A stretch of 64,000 bases of DNA from Bdellovibrionales bacterium (lineage in GTDB: Bacteria; Bdellovibrionota; Bdellovibrionia; Bdellovibrionales; JAKFYE01), in assembly GCA_965206675.1 (NCBI GenBank), contig CBDBKL010000008.1, forward strand, positions 103,208 to 167,207, given 5' to 3'. Of the stretch, positions 27,284 to 37,479 are shown in pieces. A program made the translations under genes and the position numbers. The notes below the pieces were generated by a model that was given only the letters and a program-made list of their open reading frames with translations, had not been told where the DNA came from and did no database searches. The stretch's first letter is position 1, and each line of letters opens with the position of its first letter.

Positions 27284-29827
27284 GTGATATCTAAAGTGTT
27301 CATATTATCTATTTTAATCACCCCACATCTTCTCTTTGCTAGCAAAACAATTAGTGTGGACCTTCAACCCATCTTATACTCACAAATGCGGCTCCGCTCA
27401 GAATACTCTGACATCTATGAAAAATACCTGAAATCTAAATCCTCAAAAACCTCTAACTACCCTCACTTTAAAAATTACTCTTCAATAGCCAAACACAAAT
27501 TAAGCCGTTACTTTAAAGAACTCGTTTTTAGAGCTGCCTTTTCAGAGATAGCATGGAATCAATTTTTACCCCAAATGAATAGACAACAATTAGACGAAGA
27601 TATGTTGTCTTTATTAGAGCACTACCTCCATCGAAAACTTCTTTATTTTAAAGAAATAAATGACGACCCCAGAACATCCGTTAAAATAAGAGAAGCATTA
27701 GCTAGTTTCTTGTGGTCAATGGGAGAATCATCCAGCAACACTCATAAAAGTGAAAGTAATGTTGCTTTTAGGTTCTTTAAAAATTTTGAACAAGTAAAGA
27801 TTTGTTATAGAAATAAAGTAAAACACCCTCCATCAAATCTTAATTTTAATAACACAGAGGACATTTTTTTGGCTTTCTGGAGACTACTCGTTTTTAATAG
27901 AAACTCCAATAGACATCAAATAAAAGCATTAAATAGTTTAGAACAGATGATTTCATGTGCCGAAATGAATCTGCCCACAATTTCTTTTCTAACTTCAACA
28001 AAGCTTTGGGAAAAATTAAATAGAAATCAGTTATACAGTTTTTTAGAATTTGAGCCTCACAAAATAGACGCGACTCTTTCCACAGAACTCATTTCCACCA
28101 CCGGTTTTATAGATGGCAACAATATTCAAGTTTTAAGAGCCAATGGCCTCCCTACAGATGAAACTGATTTTATAGCATATTATGAAAAACTAAAGGCTAT
28201 AGAAAGCACTGTCTTTGAAAAGAACCTTCAGGAACAATGGGGATCTAAAGATGATTTTACTATGATACAAGATATGTTCCTGGCTCTTCAAGAAGCAGAG
28301 GACCTTGGCGTTAATCCTATCAAGCATGTATTTCAATTAACAGATCACATTATTTATGAAGATGAAGAGACAACATTAACTGAAAGCGATCTTTTACATT
28401 TTAAGGACCACCCTCTTTACAAGCAATATTCTCCATCCCCCCAAAACACAATACAAAATAATAATACTCCAGATCTCTGGTATGGGCTTTATGCCGTACC
28501 CTCAACAAGAGGTAGGGTTCGAACTCCAAAAGCAGCTCCTCAATTTCAATCCCAACAGATTTTTAGAAAAGTAATGTCGGCATTGGATGGGGCACCACTT
28601 TTGGCTCTTATAGATCCCTTCTTTTTCAAAGGAACAACGGGACTTTCCATCATCCACCGCCTAATTTCTAGACTGAATTTTACAGGAGCTCAATTTAAAC
28701 TCATTGTTCTTGAGAGAGATAGAGGTTTTTCTCGGAGGAACCCAAAAGTAAGAATTCTATTTAACTTCATGAGAGCCTATATGGCTCTAAAACCTGATCG
28801 CGTTTTAGCGTTACCCTCACCTATCAGAGAAAAACCCTCTGATAGTTGGAAACATCTTATTCTAAATCCTCAAAAAGAAAGAGGAGAGAAATTCTTCTTT
28901 ATTAATTCAGAGGACTGGACTGAGATATCAGATTATCCTGCTCACTATACTAAAAGTTTATCACTAAATGGTCCCATTGTTACGGTTGCATTTAATGAGT
29001 ATTATGATTTGATTTCTAGTGCATTGAAACATGATTGGGAAACTTCTCTAAATGAAGGACATAACATGGAATATCGAAACTTCCTATCTAACGTGTATGA
29101 AAACGTTGCCTTAAACTGGGCCCAGCACTGTGATATTGAAACCACTGAATATATGAATCTAGAAGAAAAAATAAAATCTACACTGTGCTCAATAGATCTT
29201 ATACAAAGATATAAAAATATACCTCTTACAAATTTCTCTGAGTATGAAGCTCTTGAAGGTGTAGATCTTAAAAAAATAAAAACTTTTCCAAGCTCTACTT
29301 CTCATCTGCCCTCACCACCTCAAAAAATTCAACTGACAACAAATCATTTAAAAAATTCACACAATGAGTACCTAGAGCAAATTCTAACCTCTATTTCAAA
29401 AGCACGGAGTCAAATCCTCATTCAAGGTAATGTTCTAAACAGTCCCCAAATCGTTGAATCTTTGGTTCAAAAGAAAAAGCAAGGTATTAATATCTTTATC
29501 CTGTTTAACGCCCCCAAATATGAAGAGTTAAATGACACTGCCCAAGCATCATATTCTCAACTCCAAAGAGCAGATATTCCTATAAAGCCAGAACCTCACT
29601 TTAACAATAGTCACCTTGAGAAAATTAAAAAAAGAAAAAATAGAACATTATCTATTGATGGTTTTAACTCCAGAAACGAATCATTACCTGGAACATCTGT
29701 ATATATTATGGGCTTTTCTAATCTCCTATCTTCTCCTCAAAAATTCCAAATGCTAACCTTTGATGAAGTGAATGTCGCCACTCATGATAGTCATTTTTGG
29801 TTTCTCTGGGCAAAAAGATCTCATTAA
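27284..29827 (+). CDS. large secreted protein, unknown function (possible degenerate PLD-like C-terminal domain)
   Basis: 847 aa with a GTG start and signal peptide (ISKVFILSILITPHLLFA). The C-terminal segment ARSQILIQGNVLNSPQIVESLVQKKKQGINIFILFN ... SHLEKIKK...SIDG...YIMGFSNL resembles a PLD-superfamily domain without an intact HxK. Confidence 0.4.
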   Translation: MISKVFILSILITPHLLFASKTISVDLQPILYSQMRLRSEYSDIYEKYLKSKSSKTSNYPHFKNYSSIAKHKLSRYFKELVFRAAFSEIAWNQFLPQMNRQQLDEDMLSLLEHYLHRKLLYFKEINDDPRTSVKIREALASFLWSMGESSSNTHKSESNVAFRFFKNFEQVKICYRNKVKHPPSNLNFNNTEDIFLAFWRLLVFNRNSNRHQIKALNSLEQMISCAEMNLPTISFLTSTKLWEKLNRNQLYSFLEFEPHKIDATLSTELISTTGFIDGNNIQVLRANGLPTDETDFIAYYEKLKAIESTVFEKNLQEQWGSKDDFTMIQDMFLALQEAEDLGVNPIKHVFQLTDHIIYEDEETTLTESDLLHFKDHPLYKQYSPSPQNTIQNNNTPDLWYGLYAVPSTRGRVRTPKAAPQFQSQQIFRKVMSALDGAPLLALIDPFFFKGTTGLSIIHRLISRLNFTGAQFKLIVLERDRGFSRRNPKVRILFNFMRAYMALKPDRVLALPSPIREKPSDSWKHLILNPQKERGEKFFFINSEDWTEISDYPAHYTKSLSLNGPIVTVAFNEYYDLISSALKHDWETSLNEGHNMEYRNFLSNVYENVALNWAQHCDIETTEYMNLEEKIKSTLCSIDLIQRYKNIPLTNFSEYEALEGVDLKKIKTFPSSTSHLPSPPQKIQLTTNHLKNSHNEYLEQILTSISKARSQILIQGNVLNSPQIVESLVQKKKQGINIFILFNAPKYEELNDTAQASYSQLQRADIPIKPEPHFNNSHLEKIKKRKNRTLSIDGFNSRNESLPGTSVYIMGFSNLLSSPQKFQMLTFDEVNVATHDSHFWFLWAKRSH

Positions 29828-29870
29828 ATAACGATCTGTTCACAAACTAAAAACGAAAGACAATACCGTT

Positions 29871-31088
29871 ATGAACTTTTCTGAAATAGAAAAAACTCTC
29901 ACAGAAATTGTACCTTCAGAAGGTTATGGCATTGATCGCTTTTATCAAGTGTTAAAAAATTATCCAGATCTAATTACCTTAAAACCCTCCAATATTATCC
30001 TCGTTGCAGGAACAAACGGTAAGGGAACAGTTTCTTCATTGATAACCCATGGACTAACAGAGGCTGGAAAAAAAGTGGGACTATTCACCTCCCCACATCT
30101 TATCCACCCTAATGAAAGAATCCGCAGAGGCCTTACTCCAATAGACGAAAATGAATACATTGAAGCTTTTAACGCCAACATTTCACTCATTAACCATCAC
30201 AAACTGAGCCACTTTGAATCACACCTTCTAATGGCTCTTTGGTGTTTCCGCCATAACATTGATGACTTGGTATTAGAAGTTGGATTAGGCGGAACTTATG
30301 ATGCCACAAACGCCATACCGCATAGTTATTGTGTTTTTACAGAATTTGGAATCGATCATCAAAACATACTGGGGTCTTCTTTATCGGAAATAATAGACAC
30401 CAAAATGGGAATCATCGACCAATCAATAAATCCAATCGTTATTTCCTACCCCTTACCCAAAGAGGGAATACCTCTTGTCACACAAAATACGAAGCGAAAA
30501 AACGCTAAATATATTTTCACAAAAAATCATACCTCTATCAACACAGATTGGAAAAACAACAAACAAACCATTGAGTGGGATGGGCAGACCTATTTTTTAC
30601 CCAATGCCACCACAACATATACAAAATGTGTTCAGTTAGCACTTCAAGTTTTAAAAGTATTAAAAGTGAAAACACATCCCAACACTTTTATTTCCTACGA
30701 CTGGCCAGGAAGATTTGAAAAGTTAGAAGTTCAAGAAAAAACAATCATCCTTGATATTGCTCACAACGAACAGGCCATTAAAAACCTAGCTCTTAATTTA
30801 AAATCTTTTTGTTCCAAAAAACCCTTGGGTGTTGTGGCTTTTTCAAAAGGGAAGGATGTTGAAAAATTATTAAAAATACTAAAACCCATGTGTTCAAATA
30901 TTATTCTCACCCCATCTCCATTTAAACCTCAAAAATACCAAACATATAATGACATTGCATATGTTGAAACACCTGAGAAGGCCTTCCAATTGGCTCTGCA
31001 AAAAGATAATTTTATACTGATTACAGGTTCATCTTTTCTAGTTGGAGCATTTAAAAAATGGAGAAATCATAGAGACGCTGTTATATAA
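29871..31088 (+). CDS. folC: folylpolyglutamate synthase / dihydrofolate synthase
   Basis: 405 aa with Mur-ligase P-loop VAGTNGKGTV, and a FolC-typical layout and length. Confidence 0.8.
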   Translation: MNFSEIEKTLTEIVPSEGYGIDRFYQVLKNYPDLITLKPSNIILVAGTNGKGTVSSLITHGLTEAGKKVGLFTSPHLIHPNERIRRGLTPIDENEYIEAFNANISLINHHKLSHFESHLLMALWCFRHNIDDLVLEVGLGGTYDATNAIPHSYCVFTEFGIDHQNILGSSLSEIIDTKMGIIDQSINPIVISYPLPKEGIPLVTQNTKRKNAKYIFTKNHTSINTDWKNNKQTIEWDGQTYFLPNATTTYTKCVQLALQVLKVLKVKTHPNTFISYDWPGRFEKLEVQEKTIILDIAHNEQAIKNLALNLKSFCSKKPLGVVAFSKGKDVEKLLKILKPMCSNIILTPSPFKPQKYQTYNDIAYVETPEKAFQLALQKDNFILITGSSFLVGAFKKWRNHRDAVI

Positions 31089-31185
31089 ATTCTTTTCTCT
31101 AAAGCTGACTTCTTTAATAGAAGTGTTATTTATGACTTTACCAAAATAAATTAAAGTGTGGGGGCAGGAATCACCATCACTGCTT

Positions 31186-32325
31186 CTAAAAATTTCCCAC
31201 CTTTTCTTCCCATCCGAGCTCTTCTTTTAATTTCTCCCACCGATTTTTTGCATCCTTTAAAGACTCCAGAAATTCTCCACCTCTTCTTTCAGCATAAAAC
31301 AGTGGCGTTCGTCCCTCTTCATCTTCAGCATAAATATCTGCGTCGAACCTAATGAGAGCTTTGACAACTTCAAAAGTGCCAACTCTTGCCGCTTCATGAA
31401 GCGGAGTCCTCCCCCTATTGTCTCTTGCATTAGCATCTGGATCGTAATTAATAATCATTCCTGCATTATCTAGAGTTCCATGCATTGCAGCCCAATGAAG
31501 TGGCGTCCTTCCCCTCTTATCCACGGCATGAACGTCTGCTCCTACTCTAACAAGATGATAAATAACATGCGAAGAATTCCAAAACCGTGTTGCCGCTCTA
31601 AAAAGTGGGGTAAGCCCTTCCTTAGTTCTTGCATGAACATCTGCTCCTGCATCTAAAAGAACTTGTATTTCATCTGGAGTTCGAGCCTCCGCCGCAAAAT
31701 GTAGAAGAGTGCTTCCCGAATTATCTTCTAAATTTATATCAGCACCATTTTGAAGAAATAAATGCACTAAAGTTAAAAACTCCTGAGTTGTACTCCCATA
31801 TTCTTCCCTGCTGAGTCTATCTGCACCTACAAACAAAGGCACTCGCCCTTGCCAATCTCTCGCATTGACATCTGCACCCAGAGAAATAAGAGTTTCTACA
31901 TTCTTTATCTTTATATTTTTAGCTGATATAGCCGTGTGTAATGGTACCCTGAGTAAATCATTTCTTATATTAACATCTGTACCTGAAGTTATAAAAGCTT
32001 CTATGTGCTCTGGTGTTCCATATATTGCAGCAATATGCAGTGGCGTTTGTCTCCAGTAACGATCAGCTACAGTGACATCTGCACCTAAAGAAATAAGAGT
32101 TTTTATCTGCTCCGGAGTCCCATATCTTGCAGCATAATGTAAGGCTGTTTGCCCTGAGTACATATCTCTGGAATTAACATCTGCACCCAATGCCACCGCA
32201 ACAATAAGAGCACCCACTTCCTTTGCATTATCAGCTTTAAAGGCTCTATCATCTGTCGCATACACATCAAATGAAAAACAAAATAGTAAAGCGACAGTAA
32301 ATAATTGTATTATTATTGATTTCAT
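31186..32325 (-). CDS. secreted ankyrin-repeat protein
   Basis: 379 aa with a signal peptide (MKSIIIQLFTVALLFCFSFDVYA) and about 9 ANK units (TPLH.AA..G....I..LI..GADVN). Confidence 0.85.
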   Translation of the reverse strand: MKSIIIQLFTVALLFCFSFDVYATDDRAFKADNAKEVGALIVAVALGADVNSRDMYSGQTALHYAARYGTPEQIKTLISLGADVTVADRYWRQTPLHIAAIYGTPEHIEAFITSGTDVNIRNDLLRVPLHTAISAKNIKIKNVETLISLGADVNARDWQGRVPLFVGADRLSREEYGSTTQEFLTLVHLFLQNGADINLEDNSGSTLLHFAAEARTPDEIQVLLDAGADVHARTKEGLTPLFRAATRFWNSSHVIYHLVRVGADVHAVDKRGRTPLHWAAMHGTLDNAGMIINYDPDANARDNRGRTPLHEAARVGTFEVVKALIRFDADIYAEDEEGRTPLFYAERRGGEFLESLKDAKNRWEKLKEELGWEEKVGNF

Positions 32326-32516
32326 GGAATCACCTCACTCTAAGGCACTCAACCTACCAAAAAATCCCCCTCTTCGTCACTATTGTTTTTTCATAATAAT
32401 TACATACACTTAAAATATCCCTTTATATGAACAATTCACTTCATCTTGCCCTCTCTTTTGGATTTATATAATATAAAGATAGAATTTAATCTTTATGAAT
32501 TCACCCTTGAGTAACT

Positions 32517-32921
32517 ATGGAAAAAAAAACCTCTGAACCTATACTTTTTTTTGATGGAATTTGCGGATTCTGCAACGCCACTGTGACCTGTCTTTTAAAA
32601 TGCGATACAAATCATGTTATCAAGTTTGCAACTCTACAGGGTCCAACAGCGAAAAAATATCTTCCAACATCAGACACTCAAAGTCTCACATCAATCGTAC
32701 TGCTGGATAATGACACCATCTATAGAGAATCTGATGCATTCCTTCAGATTTGTAAACACCTTGGGGGTTTTTGGAAGTGCCTACTTATATTCAAAATCGT
32801 TCCCCCCTCTATAAGAAATGCTATTTATAATTTTATAGCCAAACACAGACGAAAAATTTTGGGTGTTAAAGAAACATGTTATGTCCCGAAAAAAGATGTC
32901 CGTCCCTATTTCTTAGATTAA
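32517..32921 (+). CDS. DCC-family (DUF393) thiol-disulfide oxidoreductase
   Basis: 134 aa with the N-terminal signature FFDGICGFCN. Confidence 0.75.
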   Translation: MEKKTSEPILFFDGICGFCNATVTCLLKCDTNHVIKFATLQGPTAKKYLPTSDTQSLTSIVLLDNDTIYRESDAFLQICKHLGGFWKCLLIFKIVPPSIRNAIYNFIAKHRRKILGVKETCYVPKKDVRPYFLD

Positions 32922-32933
32922 TACTAGAGTAAA

Positions 32934-33839
32934 CTATATGACAGTTTTTCTTACCGACTGAATAAAAGCCTCTTCGACACCTATCTCACTTCCACCATGT
33001 GCAGCATCAGGCAAAAAGATCAATTCCGATTGAGGGAGAGCTTTGTGTAACTCCCAAGCTGCTCGTGATGGACAAACCAAATCCCTGCGACCTTGAATAA
33101 GAATAACCGGCTTTGATCTTAACTTTGAAATATTTTTTAAAATAAAATCATCGTATTCTAAAAAACAATTTTTTAGAAAATAGTAAATTTCAAACTTAAC
33201 AATGTTCTTTTCAATAGGATTTAACTCTAAGTTGTCTAGTTCTTCAAAATCAATATGAAAGGATGCATTGAGCATCTCCCACCGACTCCAAGACAAATAG
33301 AGAGGTTCCTTCTCACCAGCTTCGTTTAATCGTTTCCAGTACCCTTTTAACGGATGATCCCTTTCATCTTTATCTAAAACGCTTAAAAACTTTTCATATT
33401 CATCTGGGTAAATTGCGCTCGCTCCCCCTGGAAAATAGAGCCAATCTATCTCCCTCTTCTGCCCTAGAAAAATTCCACTCAGTATCAATCCCTTCACAAT
33501 TTCAGGATAGTGAATGGCATAATAAAGAGCGAGAAAGGTTCCCCAACTCGCCCCTGCCACATACCATGTTTTAATGCCTAAAGTATTTCTCAGTTTTTCT
33601 ATATCAGAGATAAGATCTTGCGTGCTATTGTCTTTCAACTCTCCAAAGGGGGTGCTTTTGGAACAGCCTCTTTGATCAAAGAAGATCACTCTATGTTTAT
33701 CTGGATCAAAGAATCTTTTATCTTTTTCTCTAACGCCAGCTCCTGGTCCACCATGCAGATACAAACAACAGGGTTTTGAAGGATTGCCCCAATCCTCATA
33801 ATAGATTGTGTGAAGTTCACTGACTTGAAGATATGGCAT
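32934..33839 (-). CDS. pip: prolyl aminopeptidase (alpha/beta hydrolase)
   Basis: 301 aa with HGGPGAG, the nucleophile elbow GASWG, and a C-terminal AHGG. Confidence 0.75.
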   Translation of the reverse strand: MPYLQVSELHTIYYEDWGNPSKPCCLYLHGGPGAGVREKDKRFFDPDKHRVIFFDQRGCSKSTPFGELKDNSTQDLISDIEKLRNTLGIKTWYVAGASWGTFLALYYAIHYPEIVKGLILSGIFLGQKREIDWLYFPGGASAIYPDEYEKFLSVLDKDERDHPLKGYWKRLNEAGEKEPLYLSWSRWEMLNASFHIDFEELDNLELNPIEKNIVKFEIYYFLKNCFLEYDDFILKNISKLRSKPVILIQGRRDLVCPSRAAWELHKALPQSELIFLPDAAHGGSEIGVEEAFIQSVRKTVI

Positions 33840-33965
33840 AACTCTTAGCTCTCAACTGAGTTCTTTTTTACATCAGAATAAAACCAAATACTAGCTGGAA
33901 AATAAATTCTCATAAAAAATAACAATGTCATTTTGAATAAAGGAAGGGATATTACCCTAAAGCGA

Positions 33966-33989
33966 ACACTGCTCTCTATAGGGCAGTGT
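33966..33989 (-). terminator. hairpin downstream of the lipoprotein gene 34016..35689
   Basis: ACACTGC/GCAGTGT forms a 7-bp stem with a 10-nt loop, 27 nt past the stop. The T-tract is weak. Confidence 0.35.
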
Positions 33990-34015
33990 ATTTACATGAA
34001 GATATTTCGTATATG

Positions 34016-35689
34016 TTATTGTTGTTTCCTAGATTCCTGTTCTTTCAAAATATCCTCAACAGACCGAGGAAGTGGACTCGTGTCTCTCAAAAACTGTTGC
34101 CATCTCTGAGAATGCTCTCTGTACTTGGCATCAGTAAATCCAGAGGCTTCCATCGATTTTGTTTGAATAGATTTCAGAACATCATCTCTCGATTGAGATG
34201 GATCATCAACTTTCATCCAATAGATATGGTGCCAAGCGCGATACCATACAGATTCACCTGTCTCTTTATCCACAAAGAGACCTTTTCTAACCAAATTGAT
34301 TTCTCCATTTTGATCTTCTTTTTCTGCTTCATTCAAATGCAGACCAAAGCCATTCCATGCATACTCTCTAAACTCACAAGGCTCTCCAGAATAGGATTCT
34401 CCATCTGCACACTTATTACCGTCAAAGTTTTTAATTGTCATATGCCTTCCTAAATCACAAGCTATGACCTTACCTTCATATTTATCTATATGAACCTCGT
34501 CACTACCAGAAGATTGAGTCACCTTTGTACCAATAGCCGTTCGGATATCTCCCGATGGATTAGAGAAAGAAAAGCGAGAAATAGATGACCTACGTAATCT
34601 TTCAAACATTTTCATTTTCATTTCTCTAGATGTTTGATCCATAACAGACTGCCCATCATCATCTAAAATATCGAAACCATAAAGCCTGGAATAAGAAGCA
34701 ATAGATTGATCATTTGTAAGAACATAGTCATGTATGTCCTTTAAAGAGAAACACTCTGATACATCAGCTGTCCCTTCTTCAACTTTAATAGGAACATCTG
34801 ATGGCTCTGTTGCTTCATCTACTTTAACAACCGAGTCAGGAGTTAGAGTTTTCGGAAGCGTTCCAGTCTCAGAAACATCTGTTGTTTCATCTACCTTAGA
34901 AACCGTCTCTCCCACTTCTTGGGAAGGTTTTTTTGCTGCCGTTCCCACAGGGTCACTTTTTATTTTAGACTGCTGAACTGGACTTTGCTTTGTAACAACT
35001 TTTGTAGCTTGCTGTTCCGGTTTCTCCAATAAAGGGGTCCAACCCACACCTTTTTCAAAACACTCTACATTATAGTTACGAGCATGCTCTCGAGCATCCT
35101 CTTCATCTCGGAAATACTTATCCATTTTATCAGTAACAGGGTTCCGTGATGGCATTATCTTACGGCATTTGTTCATATCTAGTACAACCCCATCTGATTC
35201 AGATCTTTTCCTATTCGCTTGTTTCTCTTCTCTATCTCTACGCCTTTCTGCTCTCTTAGATGTACCTTCTTTTTTATCTCTAGCCTTTTTGGCTCTCTTA
35301 GATGCCTTACTTGCCTTTCCATTGGAACTTCGAGAGTTACAGGCCATGCCATGCCACCATACCGCAAAAGGTCCCCAGCCCCTCACACACAGCCGTGGGT
35401 GAGCCACTCTGGTATGATGAAATTGTCCTATATATTGCTGACAGAATCTTTGAAGCTGCATCTGCCGTTCATGCTGATGACATTGAATAGAACCAGGAGA
35501 CATCAACCATTGACAATAGGCATACGACCCATGCCCCATACCTCTGGGAGGAAAACATCCATGGCGACCATATCCCCCAAATCCTCCAGTGGCATAAGGA
35601 GTATTGTAAAAACCATTTCTCCTGAATTGATTATTTTTCCCACAACTCGTAAAGACTATGGCTATTAGTAAGATAAAAGGATATTTCAA
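34016..35689 (-). CDS. lipoprotein, unknown family (basic-linker paralogue)
   Basis: 557 aa with a TTG start and lipobox FTSC. It has a Gly/His/Cys/Trp-rich N-terminal region and a Lys/Arg-rich linker. It shares four conserved blocks with the neighbouring gene 35747..37249. Confidence 0.7.
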   Translation of the reverse strand: MKYPFILLIAIVFTSCGKNNQFRRNGFYNTPYATGGFGGYGRHGCFPPRGMGHGSYAYCQWLMSPGSIQCHQHERQMQLQRFCQQYIGQFHHTRVAHPRLCVRGWGPFAVWWHGMACNSRSSNGKASKASKRAKKARDKKEGTSKRAERRRDREEKQANRKRSESDGVVLDMNKCRKIMPSRNPVTDKMDKYFRDEEDAREHARNYNVECFEKGVGWTPLLEKPEQQATKVVTKQSPVQQSKIKSDPVGTAAKKPSQEVGETVSKVDETTDVSETGTLPKTLTPDSVVKVDEATEPSDVPIKVEEGTADVSECFSLKDIHDYVLTNDQSIASYSRLYGFDILDDDGQSVMDQTSREMKMKMFERLRRSSISRFSFSNPSGDIRTAIGTKVTQSSGSDEVHIDKYEGKVIACDLGRHMTIKNFDGNKCADGESYSGEPCEFREYAWNGFGLHLNEAEKEDQNGEINLVRKGLFVDKETGESVWYRAWHHIYWMKVDDPSQSRDDVLKSIQTKSMEASGFTDAKYREHSQRWQQFLRDTSPLPRSVEDILKEQESRKQQ

Positions 35690-35746
35690 ATACTTAATAA
35701 AATTTCTCCCTTTTACTGGTGATATCTACCTACGTACGTTAACGGT

Positions 35747-37249
35747 TTAAATCCCCTTTTGCTCTCTGTATTCTTCAGCCGCTTTCTGCTGAGCCTTGCG
35801 CTCTTCTCGAATTTCCTCAGGAGCCCTCATTTCATTTGGATTTGTAGCCCTCAAGAAATCTTGCCATTTCTTAGAATGCTCTTGGTAATTCCCATCACCG
35901 TCCTCAGCAGCACTTTGGGCTTTTGATAGAAGGGCCGCCGCATCATTGGATGGATCATTTTTTGTCCAATAAACATAATGCCAAGCCTTATACCATGCAG
36001 ATTCTTTCGCCTCTTCATTTGAAACAAAACGGCCTTTTCTAACCAGCATGATTCTTCCATCTTCACCCTCTTCTTCATGCAAATTTAAACCATGACCATT
36101 CCAGTGATACTCTCTAACCTCACAAGCATTCTTTATCTTATTACCCTCATAAACCTCACACTGATCACCGCTGAAATCTCCATAAAAGTTCTTTACTATC
36201 ATCTTTCTTTTGGATTCACAGGAGACAATCCGTCCTACAAATTCATCAAGTTGAACCAAAGTATCACTCTCAGGCTGAACGACTAGTGCTCCAACATCAG
36301 AAGACTGATCCACATCTGTTCCAATAGGCGTCTCTGCACTTCTTAACCAACGACTTATGGCTGTACTTGATGCCATCCCAGCATCCAATTTCTTCATCAT
36401 TTCTTTAGTTGCTTGATCCAGAATAGGTTTTCGTTCCTCATCCAAAAGAAGAGATTTCCCTTGCTCATTTAAGATAAGAGATTGCCCTTGATCACTCAAA
36501 ACATCAAAGCCATACAACTTGGAGTGACCAGCTATAGATTGACGATTTTCAAGTACATAATCATGTATATGTTTTAAAGAAAAACATTCTGATACATCAA
36601 TATCCTTAACCTGAATGGTAACTTTTGTATCTTCTGCAGCTTCTTGCTCCGGCTGAGAAGATTCAGTAGAATCCGCACCTTTCTCACGTTTTGGACAATC
36701 CCACTTCAATTCTTTACCTTTAGGAGTTGGCCTTAAATGCTTCCAAGTACCTTTTTCTCCATCAACACCTTTGTGGAAACATTCCACATTATACTCATGA
36801 GCATGCTCTAAAGCCTCTTCAGCATTTCTAAAGTATTTAGTCATTTTATAAGTAGCGACAGGATCGTTTGTTGGACATATTTTACGGCAATTCTGCATAT
36901 TTAATTCAATGTTACCTGATTTAGGCATTTCTTCTGCAGCGTCCTTATTTGCAGCATCCTTACCTTCTTCACCTGTAGATGCTTCCTTTTCAACAGACTC
37001 ATCTGTCTTCTCTAAATTCTCATCATCATCTCCAGCTTTCTCAGAATTTTCCTCGCCAGTGACTTTCTCTTCATTGAGTACATCAGAATTACAGGCTTCA
37101 CCGTACAGAGTCACAATATGAGGTCCAAACTTTACATCACAAGAATCAACATATGGTCTAACAACAGTAGACCTTCTCTCTTGATGACTTCCAGTACAGC
37201 CCATAAAGACTGCAACCATTAAAAAAGCAAAATATAAATTTAGGTTCAT
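35747..37249 (-). CDS. lipoprotein, unknown family (acidic-linker paralogue)
   Basis: 500 aa with lipobox FMGC and a Glu/Asp-rich linker. Blocks shared with 34016..35689 include MQNCRKICPTNDPV...KYFRNAEEALEHAHEYNVECFHKG, DVSECFSLKHIHDYVL, CEVREYHWNGHGLNL and WYKAWHYVYW. Confidence 0.7.
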   Translation of the reverse strand: MNLNLYFAFLMVAVFMGCTGSHQERRSTVVRPYVDSCDVKFGPHIVTLYGEACNSDVLNEEKVTGEENSEKAGDDDENLEKTDESVEKEASTGEEGKDAANKDAAEEMPKSGNIELNMQNCRKICPTNDPVATYKMTKYFRNAEEALEHAHEYNVECFHKGVDGEKGTWKHLRPTPKGKELKWDCPKREKGADSTESSQPEQEAAEDTKVTIQVKDIDVSECFSLKHIHDYVLENRQSIAGHSKLYGFDVLSDQGQSLILNEQGKSLLLDEERKPILDQATKEMMKKLDAGMASSTAISRWLRSAETPIGTDVDQSSDVGALVVQPESDTLVQLDEFVGRIVSCESKRKMIVKNFYGDFSGDQCEVYEGNKIKNACEVREYHWNGHGLNLHEEEGEDGRIMLVRKGRFVSNEEAKESAWYKAWHYVYWTKNDPSNDAAALLSKAQSAAEDGDGNYQEHSKKWQDFLRATNPNEMRAPEEIREERKAQQKAAEEYREQKGI

Positions 37250-37479
37250 GGCTCTCTTCTCCCTTTATGTAGAATAATATACACCCTCATAACGGTTTAA
37301 TGTTCAATATTCTTTAAATATTCTTCTACAAAAATAGAACTCCAATATGTTTATAGCCATCTAGACTAAGATCTAGGAGACTCATCAATTATAATAAAAA
37401 AGTAGCCATCTATTTTAGATGATCATCTCAAATTAAAAGCACTACAGAGCGATCTGTTTCATAATGAAACATTCATAGA

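Noticed and set aside
33986-35668. Several plus-strand ORFs (33986..34453, 34734..34976, 35169..35402, 35219..35668, 35302..35490) antisense to the lipoprotein gene.
   Set aside because: They are entirely embedded antisense in a long ORF that has a paralogue and conserved blocks. They have low-complexity translations and no start context.
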